A DNA stretch of 64,000 bases from Mytilus trossulus (taxonomy: Eukaryota). Positions within the stretch are counted from its first letter, which is position 1. Each line of letters opens with the position of its first letter. A model generated the notes under the pieces. That model did not search any database, was not told the DNA's origin, and was given only the letters and a program-made list of their open reading frames with translations. The stretch spans positions 112,096,001 through 112,160,000 of the forward strand of contig NC_086373.1 of NCBI RefSeq assembly GCF_036588685.1. The letters run 5' to 3'. Positions 49,401 to 58,430 of this stretch are shown here, piece after piece. The position numbers and the translations under genes were made by a program.

Positions 49401-49546
49401 ATCAGCTCATTGAAGAAGTCACTACAGATTACAATACTGCATTGGATTTAATCTTTGTGAACTTCATTGATAACAATGCTAAGTCAGGTGTTTTGGAATG
49501 TTATTATTCAGATCATAAACCAATTTTCATATGTTTACCGATGTAA
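43463..49546 (+). CDS. Helentron transposase, ~2,027 aa: cysteine-protease domain, Cys-rich Zn region/DUF6570-like, HUH Rep, PIF1 helicase, AP endonuclease
   Basis: HQGD...GRQCMAN...FDPHS; CSSC...CLTC; FVSLS, RVEFQQRGSPHIH, YIVSYISK; GGAGVGKS, APTGKAA, DEISM, GDLYQLKPV, TIHKSQG, YVAFSR; HNVRSL, GITESRL, GDFNVD, LDLIF, SDHKPIF. Uninterrupted ORF; first ATG at 43463. Confidence 0.96.
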   Translation: MKMLFLYGNYHQGDQVFGNESRGRQCMANCVVFSALSETKPLHLWTQEKLKIIMHIGDEMYKYVRQHCGVTHDFLLYNDIPKHFSFLGLKYALMKEVSYGGTLTKTIFYENNFSMALEFAFNLILSSSNSKYSAILIFCDSAISVRKRNNEYYLFDPHSRCRNGLPIPDGACHISKFENLSALCSFIRDLACSLSSQNLEQIVYEMIRVEVKTPLNARGKNFCIFSFNVLARNQVRLSEKECSNEQQTVQVTCHSDVLDKKRKRITSSHSIPQKRSKLDEEALTHDIVKKFSLSVLEGPLYVCSSCSQTWFKEGVVRMSTVKSSFKLLEKCKSGIKSVNNIEWVCLTCKRHLMSGKIPECSVGNNMKFPPIPNELLGLTNLEQRLISPRIPFMSIRQQPRGGQLCMKGNVVNVPADINKTVRVLPRTLDNDETVFVKLKRKISFKHSVAQEMIRPNRVIDAVKLLTSKNLFKSEGIHIDSNWSLESRSNETCEMPPSEAETDIHNLSNDDCDSWDEEQNHENQPSGNLDTMLNPIGFRQHKQVLNIAPGEGNTPLGIFQDFNSEFLAFPSIYCGETRMPNNLRHVPLHYSTISKWELRNVDRRVAMSIPNIFFKMKKLQIKYIQDRIQLAIRKCKLQGKKITVNDVLAPGAVDNLIKHNEGYQILRQIRGSTAYWEVAKKDLFGMIRQLGIPHFFVSLSAAETKWKNLLITLGKLVNNKEYSTSDVDEMSWQDKCHLINSDPVTCVRYFDYRVQKFLHSVMMSPLEPIGKIQDYFYRVEFQQRGSPHIHMVVWVVDGPELGKATSEEITSFVDKHVTCVKDETMTELINYQTHRHARTCRKKGHSVCRFNFPIPPMSKTTLLQPIDSEADVKFISTCKKNCNKILDKLDEMKYGSEISFEEFLNELKLTNEEYCNAVRSSLKRAKLFLKRNPSEIRINSYNSIMLKCWQANIDVQFVLDPYSCASYIVSYISKGQRGMSNLMYRASQEAKENNMDLKHQMRHISNQFLTHVEVSAQEAAYFVLQLPMRRSSRSFLFLNTCPPSERITLLKSVAKLEEMSSTSTNVEADNVVKRYQRRPKQLLKLCLADFASWYDVSYPKKNNPCKSDKLNALSELPEVDDNDCLEDDPQHENVEDPQEEEPSTLLDSYDHMQSCPDKEICMSDGGILKKRKTQRILKYVRFNKDHSTENYYRELIMLFHPWVNEERDIPDSYSLLKQMYTQNSVCIEKQKKLYERNRGLIEQVESYNGDQNNFDDNMNTEFMPENLHAEENDRSEGLTLSEKYGCFDPGRPEQYDVGLDIGITRKQIGDEDCLMKMPENDYRELVRNLNDEQKGYFYHVLHWFKTKDEPVYNFLSGGAGVGKSVLIRAIYQGLLRILNMAPGSNPDDVKVLLCAPTGKAAHNIGGNTIHSTFCIPVSRGFSYKPLAMEQLNTYRLKYKNLKVVIIDEISMVGCKMFNFINGRLQEIMGNNRQFGGVSIIAVGDLYQLKPVMDSWIFHNTATEYGNLAANLWQDNFSLYELKTIMRQKGDLEFAELLNRLREGHHTHSDIDTLKSRLVETETGSLSSMPHLFTTCAEVDTFNEYVFSQTSSKSDTIECIDSVTGDLSETLHDDALKRVPNDPSKTMGLYKNLKIAEGLQIEINLNINIEDGLTNGAAGKVMLLDYRIVNSSRCSIIWVLFNDIGIGKEQRRQFQYLKNDQIDKTWTPIFEVTRKFLINNNQSYQILRRQFPIRLAAAKTIHKSQGSTVNNLVAHLGRRKNDHMHYVAFSRVRSLEGLHILHLSEDKISVSIDVTVEMDRMRSTTKVLNSVIELPDPQTWLNILCHNVRSLHLHIKDVKEESYLSSCDLIGITESRLKPEEADSCVAITGFATLYRHDSVSNSLIRPHHGSVVYSKHQLSSTYKGRPGGIEITSAVIVKQNTRVRVIFLYCPPKVSTLNNFSIMMQSVSSLIEEKTILMGDFNVDIQNNCSLINLMKTYGFNQLIEEVTTDYNTALDLIFVNFIDNNAKSGVLECYYSDHKPIFICLPM

Positions 49547-50455
49547 TAATGTGTTCCCAAATGTGGTGTTCGTTTTATTTCATTGAATTCAAAGTTGAGA
49601 AAAACACATGCTCGCTGATGCTGTACATGATATCATTATAATGTACTCAAATTTTTGAAATCATCAAGCAATTTAAAACTCTGTTATTTCTAAGTTGTTC
49701 AATCTAATTTTTTATATTATCTACTATTCTCGAGTTGATAGGAATATTTTTCATCTAATGATCACTCAAAAAGTTTATAAATAGTTGTTATATCCTATAC
49801 AATCTCATCTCCAGTTCCCAATCAAATCAGAACTTTATACATGTACTTCTGTTGTCTTAAATAATACAAATCCAATTATTTAATTGACACAAAACCATAA
49901 CTTATTGCAACCTAGCTATAGTTCATTAGTAATTAATTAAGTTCCCATAATATAACAAAATTCTTTGCACTAAATCAATTATTACAAAACTAAAACCTAT
50001 CTGATTTGTTCCTAAAAACATCACCAAATAAACATTGCTGACAATAATAATTAATTTGTAATTATTGATCCGGTGTGCATTACTCCTTGTGAAATTGCTT
50101 GATAGCTACTGATGAAAAGATTGTTTATGAAAAAGACTAAAAGATAATGAAACACACAACGATGCAACTTTAAATAAAAAAAAATATATATAATTTCTAA
50201 GTGGTATTATAAGTATAACATAATACTAGATCCAATATACAAAATTTTCTTGGTATAACTGGCCAAATTTGGCCAGTTCTGAATCTGTTCCTGCCTGATT
50301 TGAATAAGGCAGTATATTTTGGTAAGTTAACATTATATATCCCTATATGTAGTCAAGGGTGTATGAAAAGTAGTTGATGAATATAAGACATCATTCATGC
50401 ATTTACTTATTGCTATATATTCAAAATTGACTTATTTTCTTATGTTTAACTATCA

Positions 50456-50691
50456 GGCCAAATAAAAATATATGTGTGGTTCCAGAAACCCTACCATCCC
50501 TACTTTTTTGGCTTAAAGATTGCTAACCCTAAAGATTTTATTGTCATTTTTCATTTAGCACTGTTAAAATCAGAATGTTTCTCCCATAGACTCAATGTAA
50601 AATAAAACCATAAAATAAAAAAAATCCCTACCTACCTACCATAATTAATTTTCAGATGTAACTGGATCCACACATACTTTCTTATTTGGCC
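50456..50691. mobile_element. PIF/Harbinger-like MITE inserted in the Helentron
   Basis: TCA|GGCCAAATAAAAATATATGTGTGGTTCCAG...CTGGATCCACACATACTTTCTTATTTGGCC|TCA (3-bp TSD). Confidence 0.82.
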
Positions 50692-50773
50692 TCATGTTAC
50701 TTGATAATTATCTTATTGCATATAATAATAGTCCATTGTTTTTGCTAACAAATAAATTTTTCTTTTCCAGAAA

Positions 50774-51208
50774 ATGTTCACAATTGCCAAACTGAAGGAA
50801 CAATCCTCAAATTCTCCATATAGAGTTCCGATAAAAGTCCAGACTGTGCATGTAGGAGCCACCAACACTTATATAAGAGATGGGCAAACGAAATCGAACA
50901 CCACAATAGGCTTTGCTGACCAGACTGGTGCTATCAAAGGCCAGTGTTTTGATATGGCCAAGTTGAACACCATAAAACCAAATTCAACACTCATGATCAG
51001 GAATTTCATCTATAGAGATCAGATGATCATCATCACTTCAGCAACCAAGGTATCTGTCACAGGTGGAGTTGGAGATGTAGCAGAGGAATACAAAACTCTG
51101 GCTGTTGAATTGGCTAAACCACCTGCACCTCCAGCAGTGATGCCTATTGAATTAGCAAAAAAGACCACTCCAGATCAATTTGTCTCTATAAAAGGCAAAG
51201 TTATGAGA
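50774..51208 (+). CDS. Helentron accessory OB-fold (RPA70-like ssDNA-binding) protein, coding exon 1
   Basis: tttccAG acceptor at 50770, ATG 50774, GTAAGT donor; IGFADQTGAIKGQCFD and VSIKGKV are OB-fold-like strands. Confidence 0.8.
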
Positions 51209-51850
51209 GTAAGTATGTCTTGTAACATATGATAATATTTTTGTTAATACATGTAACATAGAAAACAAAAAAGCATATATCTATAGAAAATTGAACCTGA
51301 GAATACCTCAGTGTACAGCTACTCTTACACAAAGAAAGAGACAAATGTCAGACTTGCATTAGTTGGATAAAAAAATAAGCATACAACATCAGCACTCCCA
51401 TATACATGTATATATATAAGAAATCCAATTTATATAAACTATTAGTTATACTATAAAGTGATAATCGGTAAACTTCCAAGTCAAAACACAGGATTCAATG
51501 AACTGCCATATTTTTTAAATCACATAAAAAGAGAGAACAAATAAGAAGATAATACAATATATCTGCATAAAAATTGTAAAATAGTGCAAAGAAGACTTAC
51601 ATTTTTGTAGTTTATAATATATATAGGTGCATTGGTTTAAGAATTGGTAAAACATTATTCGCAAGTCACTTGTTTCATATGACATAGATGCTTATGACTC
51701 CATTATTGAATGGAAAACACATCTAAAGTCATCTTTATATATGCTTAATCAAAATAATACATATGAAATGAAAAAGTAACCATGTAGAATTATTAATAAA
51801 TCTGATTGTCATTTTACAAACATAATGAAATCAATGATCAATTTATTTAG

Positions 51851-52072
51851 GTTGATGCCATAGTAGAGAGAGTAACTCAGAGGACGCAGGAGACTATCAA
51901 ACTTCGGCAGATATATGTGAAAGACTCCACAGCTGAAGTAAAGATCAGTTTATGGAGACAATTGGCTGAAAACACAATAGAAGTGGGGAAAACCGTCAAA
52001 GTGACATTTCTTAAACTAAATTTGCACAAAGGAGAAATCAGTCTTCAGACAATACCACAAAGCACTCTTGAG
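51851..52072 (+). CDS. OB-fold protein, coding exon 2 (VDAIVERVTQRTQETIKLRQIYVKDSTAEVKISLWRQLAENTIEVGKTVKVTFLKLNLHKGEISLQTIPQSTLE); absent from the ORF track
   Basis: tttAG acceptor, GTAAAT donor, 222 nt, phase 0/0, no stop; R-x-I-x-V-x-D-x-T...I-S-L-W pattern of RPA-type OB folds. Confidence 0.82.
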
Positions 52073-52761
52073 GTAAATGTTCAATAATTTAAATGCAATC
52101 AAAACTTAAACAAGAATGTCTGTACAGTACCTGTATGCACCTCTTGCATGTATCTTTGGACCATATACGTATATCACAAAAAAAAACTTAGTCCAATATT
52201 ATTGCAAGATAAAATATGCATTGTTTATATATTTTAAAAAATTAAAAGGACTGATATTGCATAATCAAAACAACAATCTTAACATATCAAATAGATGATA
52301 AATCAATAATTCAACCAAACTCAAATACCATTATAGAGATGCGTTCAAATATCGGTTAAGGAGTAACTGGACTTCATACCATATTATTTGCTAATAACTA
52401 AAGTTCCAAAAAGTTAAAATAACATACTGGGATGTATGATGAAAAATACTATAATTCAGATATATTTCCTTTCTTTGAACAATTGATTAACATGCACAGT
52501 ATAGGTCGCACAAAGATTCTAGTAATAAAGATTTTGAAATTAATATTGATGTGCTGTATTACCTGAAACACATGTTTACATGCGTCCCTTTTCCAAGTCA
52601 TAATATATACATACACACCAATACGTTTGAAATTACGACATATCTTATGTTGACTTCATCTGTAGAAACATGTGAAATTAAAAGTCTAATAAAATATCTT
52701 GCCAAGCAAAAGATGCATAAGATATAAAATGAATATCTAATTTGAATTGTTTATTTTGTAG

Positions 52762-53004
52762 TTTGTATCAGAACAGCATAATGTGACAGTAGATGGTTTT
52801 TACAAAGAGGAGGATACCTTCTTTCTGGTCTGCAAGCATGAAGGAGATATTTTCTCAGACTATAAATGCCCTCTTGCAGCTCTACAAGATATAGTTGCAG
52901 AAGATGAAGAAATAGAAGCTGTTATTGAAGGGATGATTCCTTTTACTGCAAACATCGTTGTATCAGCAAACAATACAGTATCATCTGTATCCATTGACAT
53001 GTAA
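52762..53004 (+). CDS. OB-fold protein, last coding exon (acidic C-terminal domain); spliced product 299 aa
   Basis: ttttgtAG acceptor, in phase with exon 2, TAA stop at 53002-53004. Confidence 0.75.
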   Translation, partial: FVSEQHNVTVDGFYKEEDTFFLVCKHEGDIFSDYKCPLAALQDIVAEDEEIEAVIEGMIPFTANIVVSANNTVSSVSIDM

Positions 53005-55910
53005 CTTGAATGAAAATAACAACAGATTTTAAATGACTTTAAATTTTTAGACACACTTGAAATTCCAAACAAGATGAATTTTATTGCCAAATTACTGTAT
53101 TAAAATGTTGCTATACTTTAAAATCAACATTAACCACTACTTATTTTCAATTATCATATGTATCACAAATCTCTATAAAGACAAATTTATCATTATAAGT
53201 AAAGAAAGTACCTTTTGAAAATTTGCTTTTTTACATTATAGAAATTTTTAACTCATCACAATTTGTTGCTTTAATATTTCTTCTCAATCAAATTATTTTT
53301 TTATGTCAATTTGAGTGCATATGAAGTTTATAAATAATAAGTGCACATAATCTTCAGATTGTTGGTTAATTGTTCTCTGATGTAAATTATATGAATTGTT
53401 GTATAGTTTGTTGAAAGTAGATGTTAATAATTTAGTGCCAATTGTTAAGTTTTGATATATAATCTATATATCCATGTGTTGCCAAATATATATGTTATAA
53501 AGATATGATGTGCATTCATAATGTTCAAAAAGATATCGTTATGTATGTAGATATGAAAATGCTACCTCAAATCATAAGCCTGAATTTTCACATGAATTGT
53601 TTACATTCATACTCTGGAAGTTAAGTTATATATATACATGTCAATTCTACTCACGTATTCAAAATTTATTGATATGATATTTCAAAATGCAAATCATCAT
53701 TATCACCATGATATAATTTCATATCAATTTGAATGGAACACTCCATGACATTTGTGTCATTTACAAAAGTAAACAAAAAGTTTACAACAAGTTATTGATG
53801 TACATAATGTGATAGGTTATGCAATGTATATATTTAAGTATCATTCAGTGAATCGGAAATGGATGCATCATCTTAAAAATAATGGTTCATGCCTATGAAA
53901 GGCATTCTCTTGACTTCCTAGTATTTGAAAAACATACAAAAGTAATGCAAACATTTAACACTATTTGATAAATTTTATCTCATACAAGGTATCCATTTAA
54001 GTATGATGATATTTATAATAAATACAATAAAGCAATTAGTATGCAAAGCTCCCGTCCATGTTATATGTTCTCGATATATTAATATTTTTTACCATGTTTA
54101 GTAGTGAATCTTTCATTTTTTCATGTGATCTCTTTTTATTATATTATTTATTATGACTTTTATTATACAGTGTGAAGTTTTGTAAATGGTGCATGATAAC
54201 TTGTTGAGTTGTTTAACCAATCATAACTTGTTAAAAAGATGAGTGATTAATACCCTAATCCTAACTTATAAACCATTTACTTTACATATAATAGTTATGG
54301 TGCTACAAGTTTAACAACATTCCATCCAATTCATGTGATCTTTTGATACATTATTTTTAATGTATTGTTGTATTTATTTTTTGATACATTATTTTTAATG
54401 TATTGTTGTATTTTTTGAAATTTTATTAGTGATACAATATAACTTGTTGATGTTGAAATGTATATAATGATGGTGCAATAGTAAATATTATAGTATTAAG
54501 GTGCTTTTTCACGAAAATGTATATTTATTGGTGCAATCCTCTAAACTCGTGTCTCAACTGAACTTAAAATAATGCAATGGAGCAAAAAAAAACTATAACT
54601 ATCTATTTATTATCAGTGTATCTCTTAGTCTACAATAAATGATTCAAAGTTAACTACTGATCATATACTCAGTGCTAAATTGATAGACAAGAAATGTTTT
54701 TAATAGATTCTTATAAAGTTCTTATGTTAATAGCTTCAACCCAGAATATTTATACTCTGTCGACAAAGTATAACAACGCCCAACACAACTTTCTAGTGAT
54801 ATTACAATCAAAAATAAAAACCTACAACCATTAATATCAGAAGGCTAAGTAAAAAAAAAAAAATTCAACTTCTCTCCAGCATTCATATTTATAGCAAATC
54901 TCTTGACAAAACATGATAGACATATTGTGAAGTATTCATTATTTTATTGCAAAGTCTTCAATCAAAAGATAAAGAAACCAGCTGCAATAGCTGATGGAAA
55001 ATATGAAATATTATTTAAAAATGTTCTGTCTTTGATGACTCTGTAAATGAATTATATGGTTTCTATACCAAATCATATACACTTACTTGATGTTTAAACA
55101 AATTGTTAGAGGCAAATAAAACACCTATGCATGTATTGTAAATGAAACTGTACAGTAATAACTTTGATACATGAAATCCTGAATAATATTCACATTTGAG
55201 TTCTTACAAATCTTGTATTTGATACTGATTGGTTTATTTTGATACAATAAATGTTTCAATATCTTTAGTTTTGATACTTGTTAATATAAGCATATCAAGC
55301 ATTGATGAAATCTATACCAAAGCTTAAATTAATGTGCTACTTGAAATTATCACCAACAAAATACACATCAAATGATATCAACTTTGTATATGAACTGATA
55401 TACTGAATAAACCAAAAAAACATACTTCAACACAAAATAAAAAATGAAGTCATATGAACCCCTATATTTTTAAGCCATCTTGTAATAAAGTTGTCATTCC
55501 CAAACAACTGTTGTTATGTATAATGTATCCAATATTTGTCCTTGCAAATCCACTGAAACAACACAGAATAATTTTTGACTCTTTGTATATAATAAAGACA
55601 TTCTATATAGATGTGCATATCAACTCATTCATATCTTTTTTCAAACTTGACACGAACTAAAACCAAGACACCAGCATGCTATTCATTTCAGACCAGTCAA
55701 AAAATAAAGACATGCATATGCTATTGCTAGTAACAGCAGCATCAGCTAATTTATTAGTTTGTATTCAAATCTAGTAAATGTTGAATCACAAGTTACAGGC
55801 CAATGACACTTGGTATGCAATTGTATTCTTGTTGCATTTCACCTCCATGGACATTACACGAATATGTCCTGGCCTCTAAAGTCATGGTATATTTTTGTGC
55901 AACTTTAGCT

Positions 55911-56275
55911 TAGTACAGAGGTATTATATAGTATTCAGGTCAATTAATGGAGGACTGATAATAGAAGGTAACTTATTAGTACAGAGGTATTATTTTTTGA
56001 TTAGGTCAGTTAATGGAGAACTGATAATAAAGGTCACTTAGTACACAGGTATTAATTGTGATTAGGTCGGTTAATGGACATCTGATAGTATAGGATCACT
56101 AAGTACAGAGGTATTAGTTTGTGATTAGGTCAATTAATGGAGAACTGATAGTAAAAGGTCACTTAGTACACAGGTATTAGTTTGTGATTAGGTCAATTTA
56201 TGGAGAACTGATAGAAAAGGACACTTGGTACAGCAGTATTAGTTTGTGATTAGGTCAGTTAATGGAGAACTGATA
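55911..56275. repeat. ~62-66-bp tandem repeat, ~6 copies, in Helentron 3' region
   Basis: tagtacagaggtattagtttgtgattaggtcaattaatggagaactgatagtaaaaggtcact-like units. Confidence 0.88.
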
Positions 56276-56435
56276 TTTGGTATGCTAATGTATAGCATGA
56301 ACACATCTCCTTCCCATAGAGAATATTAGCCCCTCAATGATCATTTCTCTTTGATACTTTAGCTTAATTTCCACAAACTAGTTAGTAATTAAGTCAGTTC
56401 AAAAGATACTGTATGTGATGGGTCAATGTTACTCG

Positions 56436-56818
56436 GACTTCTCTTGAACTGAATTTTAATGTGCATATTGTAATGCGTTTATCTTTCTACATTGGTTAGA
56501 GGTATAGGGGGAGGGTTGAGATCTCACAAACATGTTTTACCCTGCCACATTTTTGAACCTGTCCCAAGTCAGGAGCCTCTGGCCTTTGTTAGTCTTGTAT
56601 TATTAATATATTAGTTTCTTGTGTACAATTTGGAAATTAGTATGGCATTCTTTATCATTGAACTAGTATATATTTGTTTAGGGGCCAGCTGAAGGACGCC
56701 TCTGGGTGCGGGAATTTCTCACTACATTGAAGACCTGTTAGTGACCTTCTGTTGTTGTTTTTTATTTGGTCGGGTTGTTGTCTCTTTGACACATTCCCCA
56801 TTTCCATTCTCAATTTTA
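56436..56818. mobile_element. SINE-like repeat inserted in the Helentron 3' region
   Basis: Reverse complement of the 2403-2710 family, ending cacattccccatttccattctcaatttt. Confidence 0.75.
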
Positions 56819-57192
56819 ATCTTCATGGAGCAAAAAAGGCCTTGCCTCCTAAATCATGGTATATTGACTACAACATTTGCATAGTTAAAATAATGTTGTT
56901 TTTGTGTGATTAGATCACTTTAAATGAAACTGCTCATGTTAAATACATCATCTTTGGTATGCAAATTTAATGAGGCATCTAGAAGTCTCATTTTCATGGA
57001 GGTTTATTAGCCCCATGCCATTATCATGATTATGGTTCATTAACTGACACTTTGCAAAGTTTACAAATTTGTTAATACCATGCTTCATATAAGAATTAAT
57101 GATGATATGTCTATACTACCATCATTTTGATACAAAAAAATAAGAATCATAGGCCGTCTTTTCCCTCAGAGCTTTCAGCTCTTTGATTATTT

Positions 57193-57906
57193 ATATGGAT
57201 CTTGTCTGTACACCAGCTTTGATTATTTGTAATATCTTCAATTTTTCACTTAATCTTACTACATTTGTATAAACTTCAAGATTATAATTATTTTTTTTAA
57301 AACCGTTTTTTTTCTAAAGTGAATATTGATTGGTTAAATATTTCTCAGTGATGTCCTGCCATGGCTTTGTTTGAATTTGTTTGTTAGCTTTTTGGTCATG
57401 AATGTTTGTCTCTAATATTTAATTAACTGTGCATTTGTATTCAGATATCACAGATCAAATTTATTCGTTCATTGTGTAATCATACATTTTTTGGATTGAG
57501 TTAAGTCTGCCAATTGATATTTTATCGTTTGTTTTTCTATGTTGTGATGTTATGCTATTGTTTCAAAAAAAGGGAGAAGGTTTGGATCCATTAAAACATT
57601 TAATCCTGCTGCAAATGTTTGCACCTGTCCTAAGTCCGGAATCTGATGTACAGTAGTTGTCGTTTGTTTATGTAATATATACGTGTTTCTCATTTCTCGT
57701 TTTGTTTATATAGATTAGACCGTTGGTTTTCCCGTTTGAATGGTTTTACACTAGTAATTTTGGGGCCCTTTATAGCTTGTTGTTCGGTGTGAGCCAAGGC
57801 TCCGTTTTGAAGGCTGTAATTTAACCTATAATGGTTTACTTTTTAATTTGTTATTTGGATGAAGAGTTGTCTCATTGGCACTCACACCACATCTTCCTAT
57901 ATCTAT
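57193..57906. mobile_element. Dispersed repeat flanking the Helentron; probably the continuation of the repeat at ~40721-40938
   Basis: Ends in the ctcacaccacatcttcctatatctat terminus shared with 33772-33990. Continuity across the Helentron is inference. Confidence 0.6.
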
Positions 57907-58430
57907 TTATTGTAGAAAATAAAGTGACTAAGACCTCATTGTGAGAAATAGAGTTTCAAAGTAGGCTTTATTGTAGAAAAAAAAGTGACTGAGACTTCAT
58001 TGTGAGAAATAGAGTTTTAGGCTTTATTGTAGAAAATAAAGTGACTAAGACTTCATTGTGAGAAATAGAGTTTTAGGCTTTATTGTAGAAAATAAAGTGA
58101 CTAAGACCTCATTGTGAGAAATAGAGTTTTAGGCTTTATTGTAGAAAATAAAGTGACTAAGACCTCATTGTGAGAAATATAGTTTTAGGCTTTATTGTAG
58201 AAAATAAAGTGACTAAGACCTCATTGTGAGAAATATAGTTTTAGGCTTTATTGTAGAAAATAAAGTGACTAAGACTTCATTGTGAGAAATAGAGTTTTAG
58301 GCTTTATTGTAGAAAATAAAGTGACTAAGACCTCATTGTGAGAAATAGAGTTTTAGGCTTTATTGTAGGAAATAAAGTGACTAAGACCTCATTGTGAGAA
58401 ATAGAGTTTTAGGCTTTATTGTAGGAAATA
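57907..58430. repeat. 56-bp tandem array (28-bp dimer), ~9 copies
   Basis: tattgtagaaaataaagtgactaagacctcattgtgagaaatagagttttaggctt repeated. Confidence 0.95.

Larger units (their letters stand above)
40939..57192 (+). mobile_element. Full-length autonomous Helentron/Helitron2 (~16.2 kb)
   Basis: 5' T-run plus subTIR GGGAAAAGACGGC (40942-40954) overlapping palindrome AAGACGGCTT-C-AAGCCGTCTT; 3' subTIR GCCGTCTTTTCCC (57153-57165) followed by hairpin TCAGAGCT-ttc-AGCTCTTTGA and TTATTT; encloses RepHel-EN and OB-fold genes. Confidence 0.9.

Noticed and set aside
43400-49546. Endogenous herpesvirus, or a host PIF1 gene
   Set aside because: No capsid, polymerase or terminase genes; HUH Rep plus APE fusion and Helentron termini explain the locus.
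53005-57150. A third Helentron gene in the 3' region
   Set aside because: Only short AT-rich ORFs (e.g. 55454-55660) with no recognisable motif or consistent splice chain; cannot be fully excluded without RNA data.
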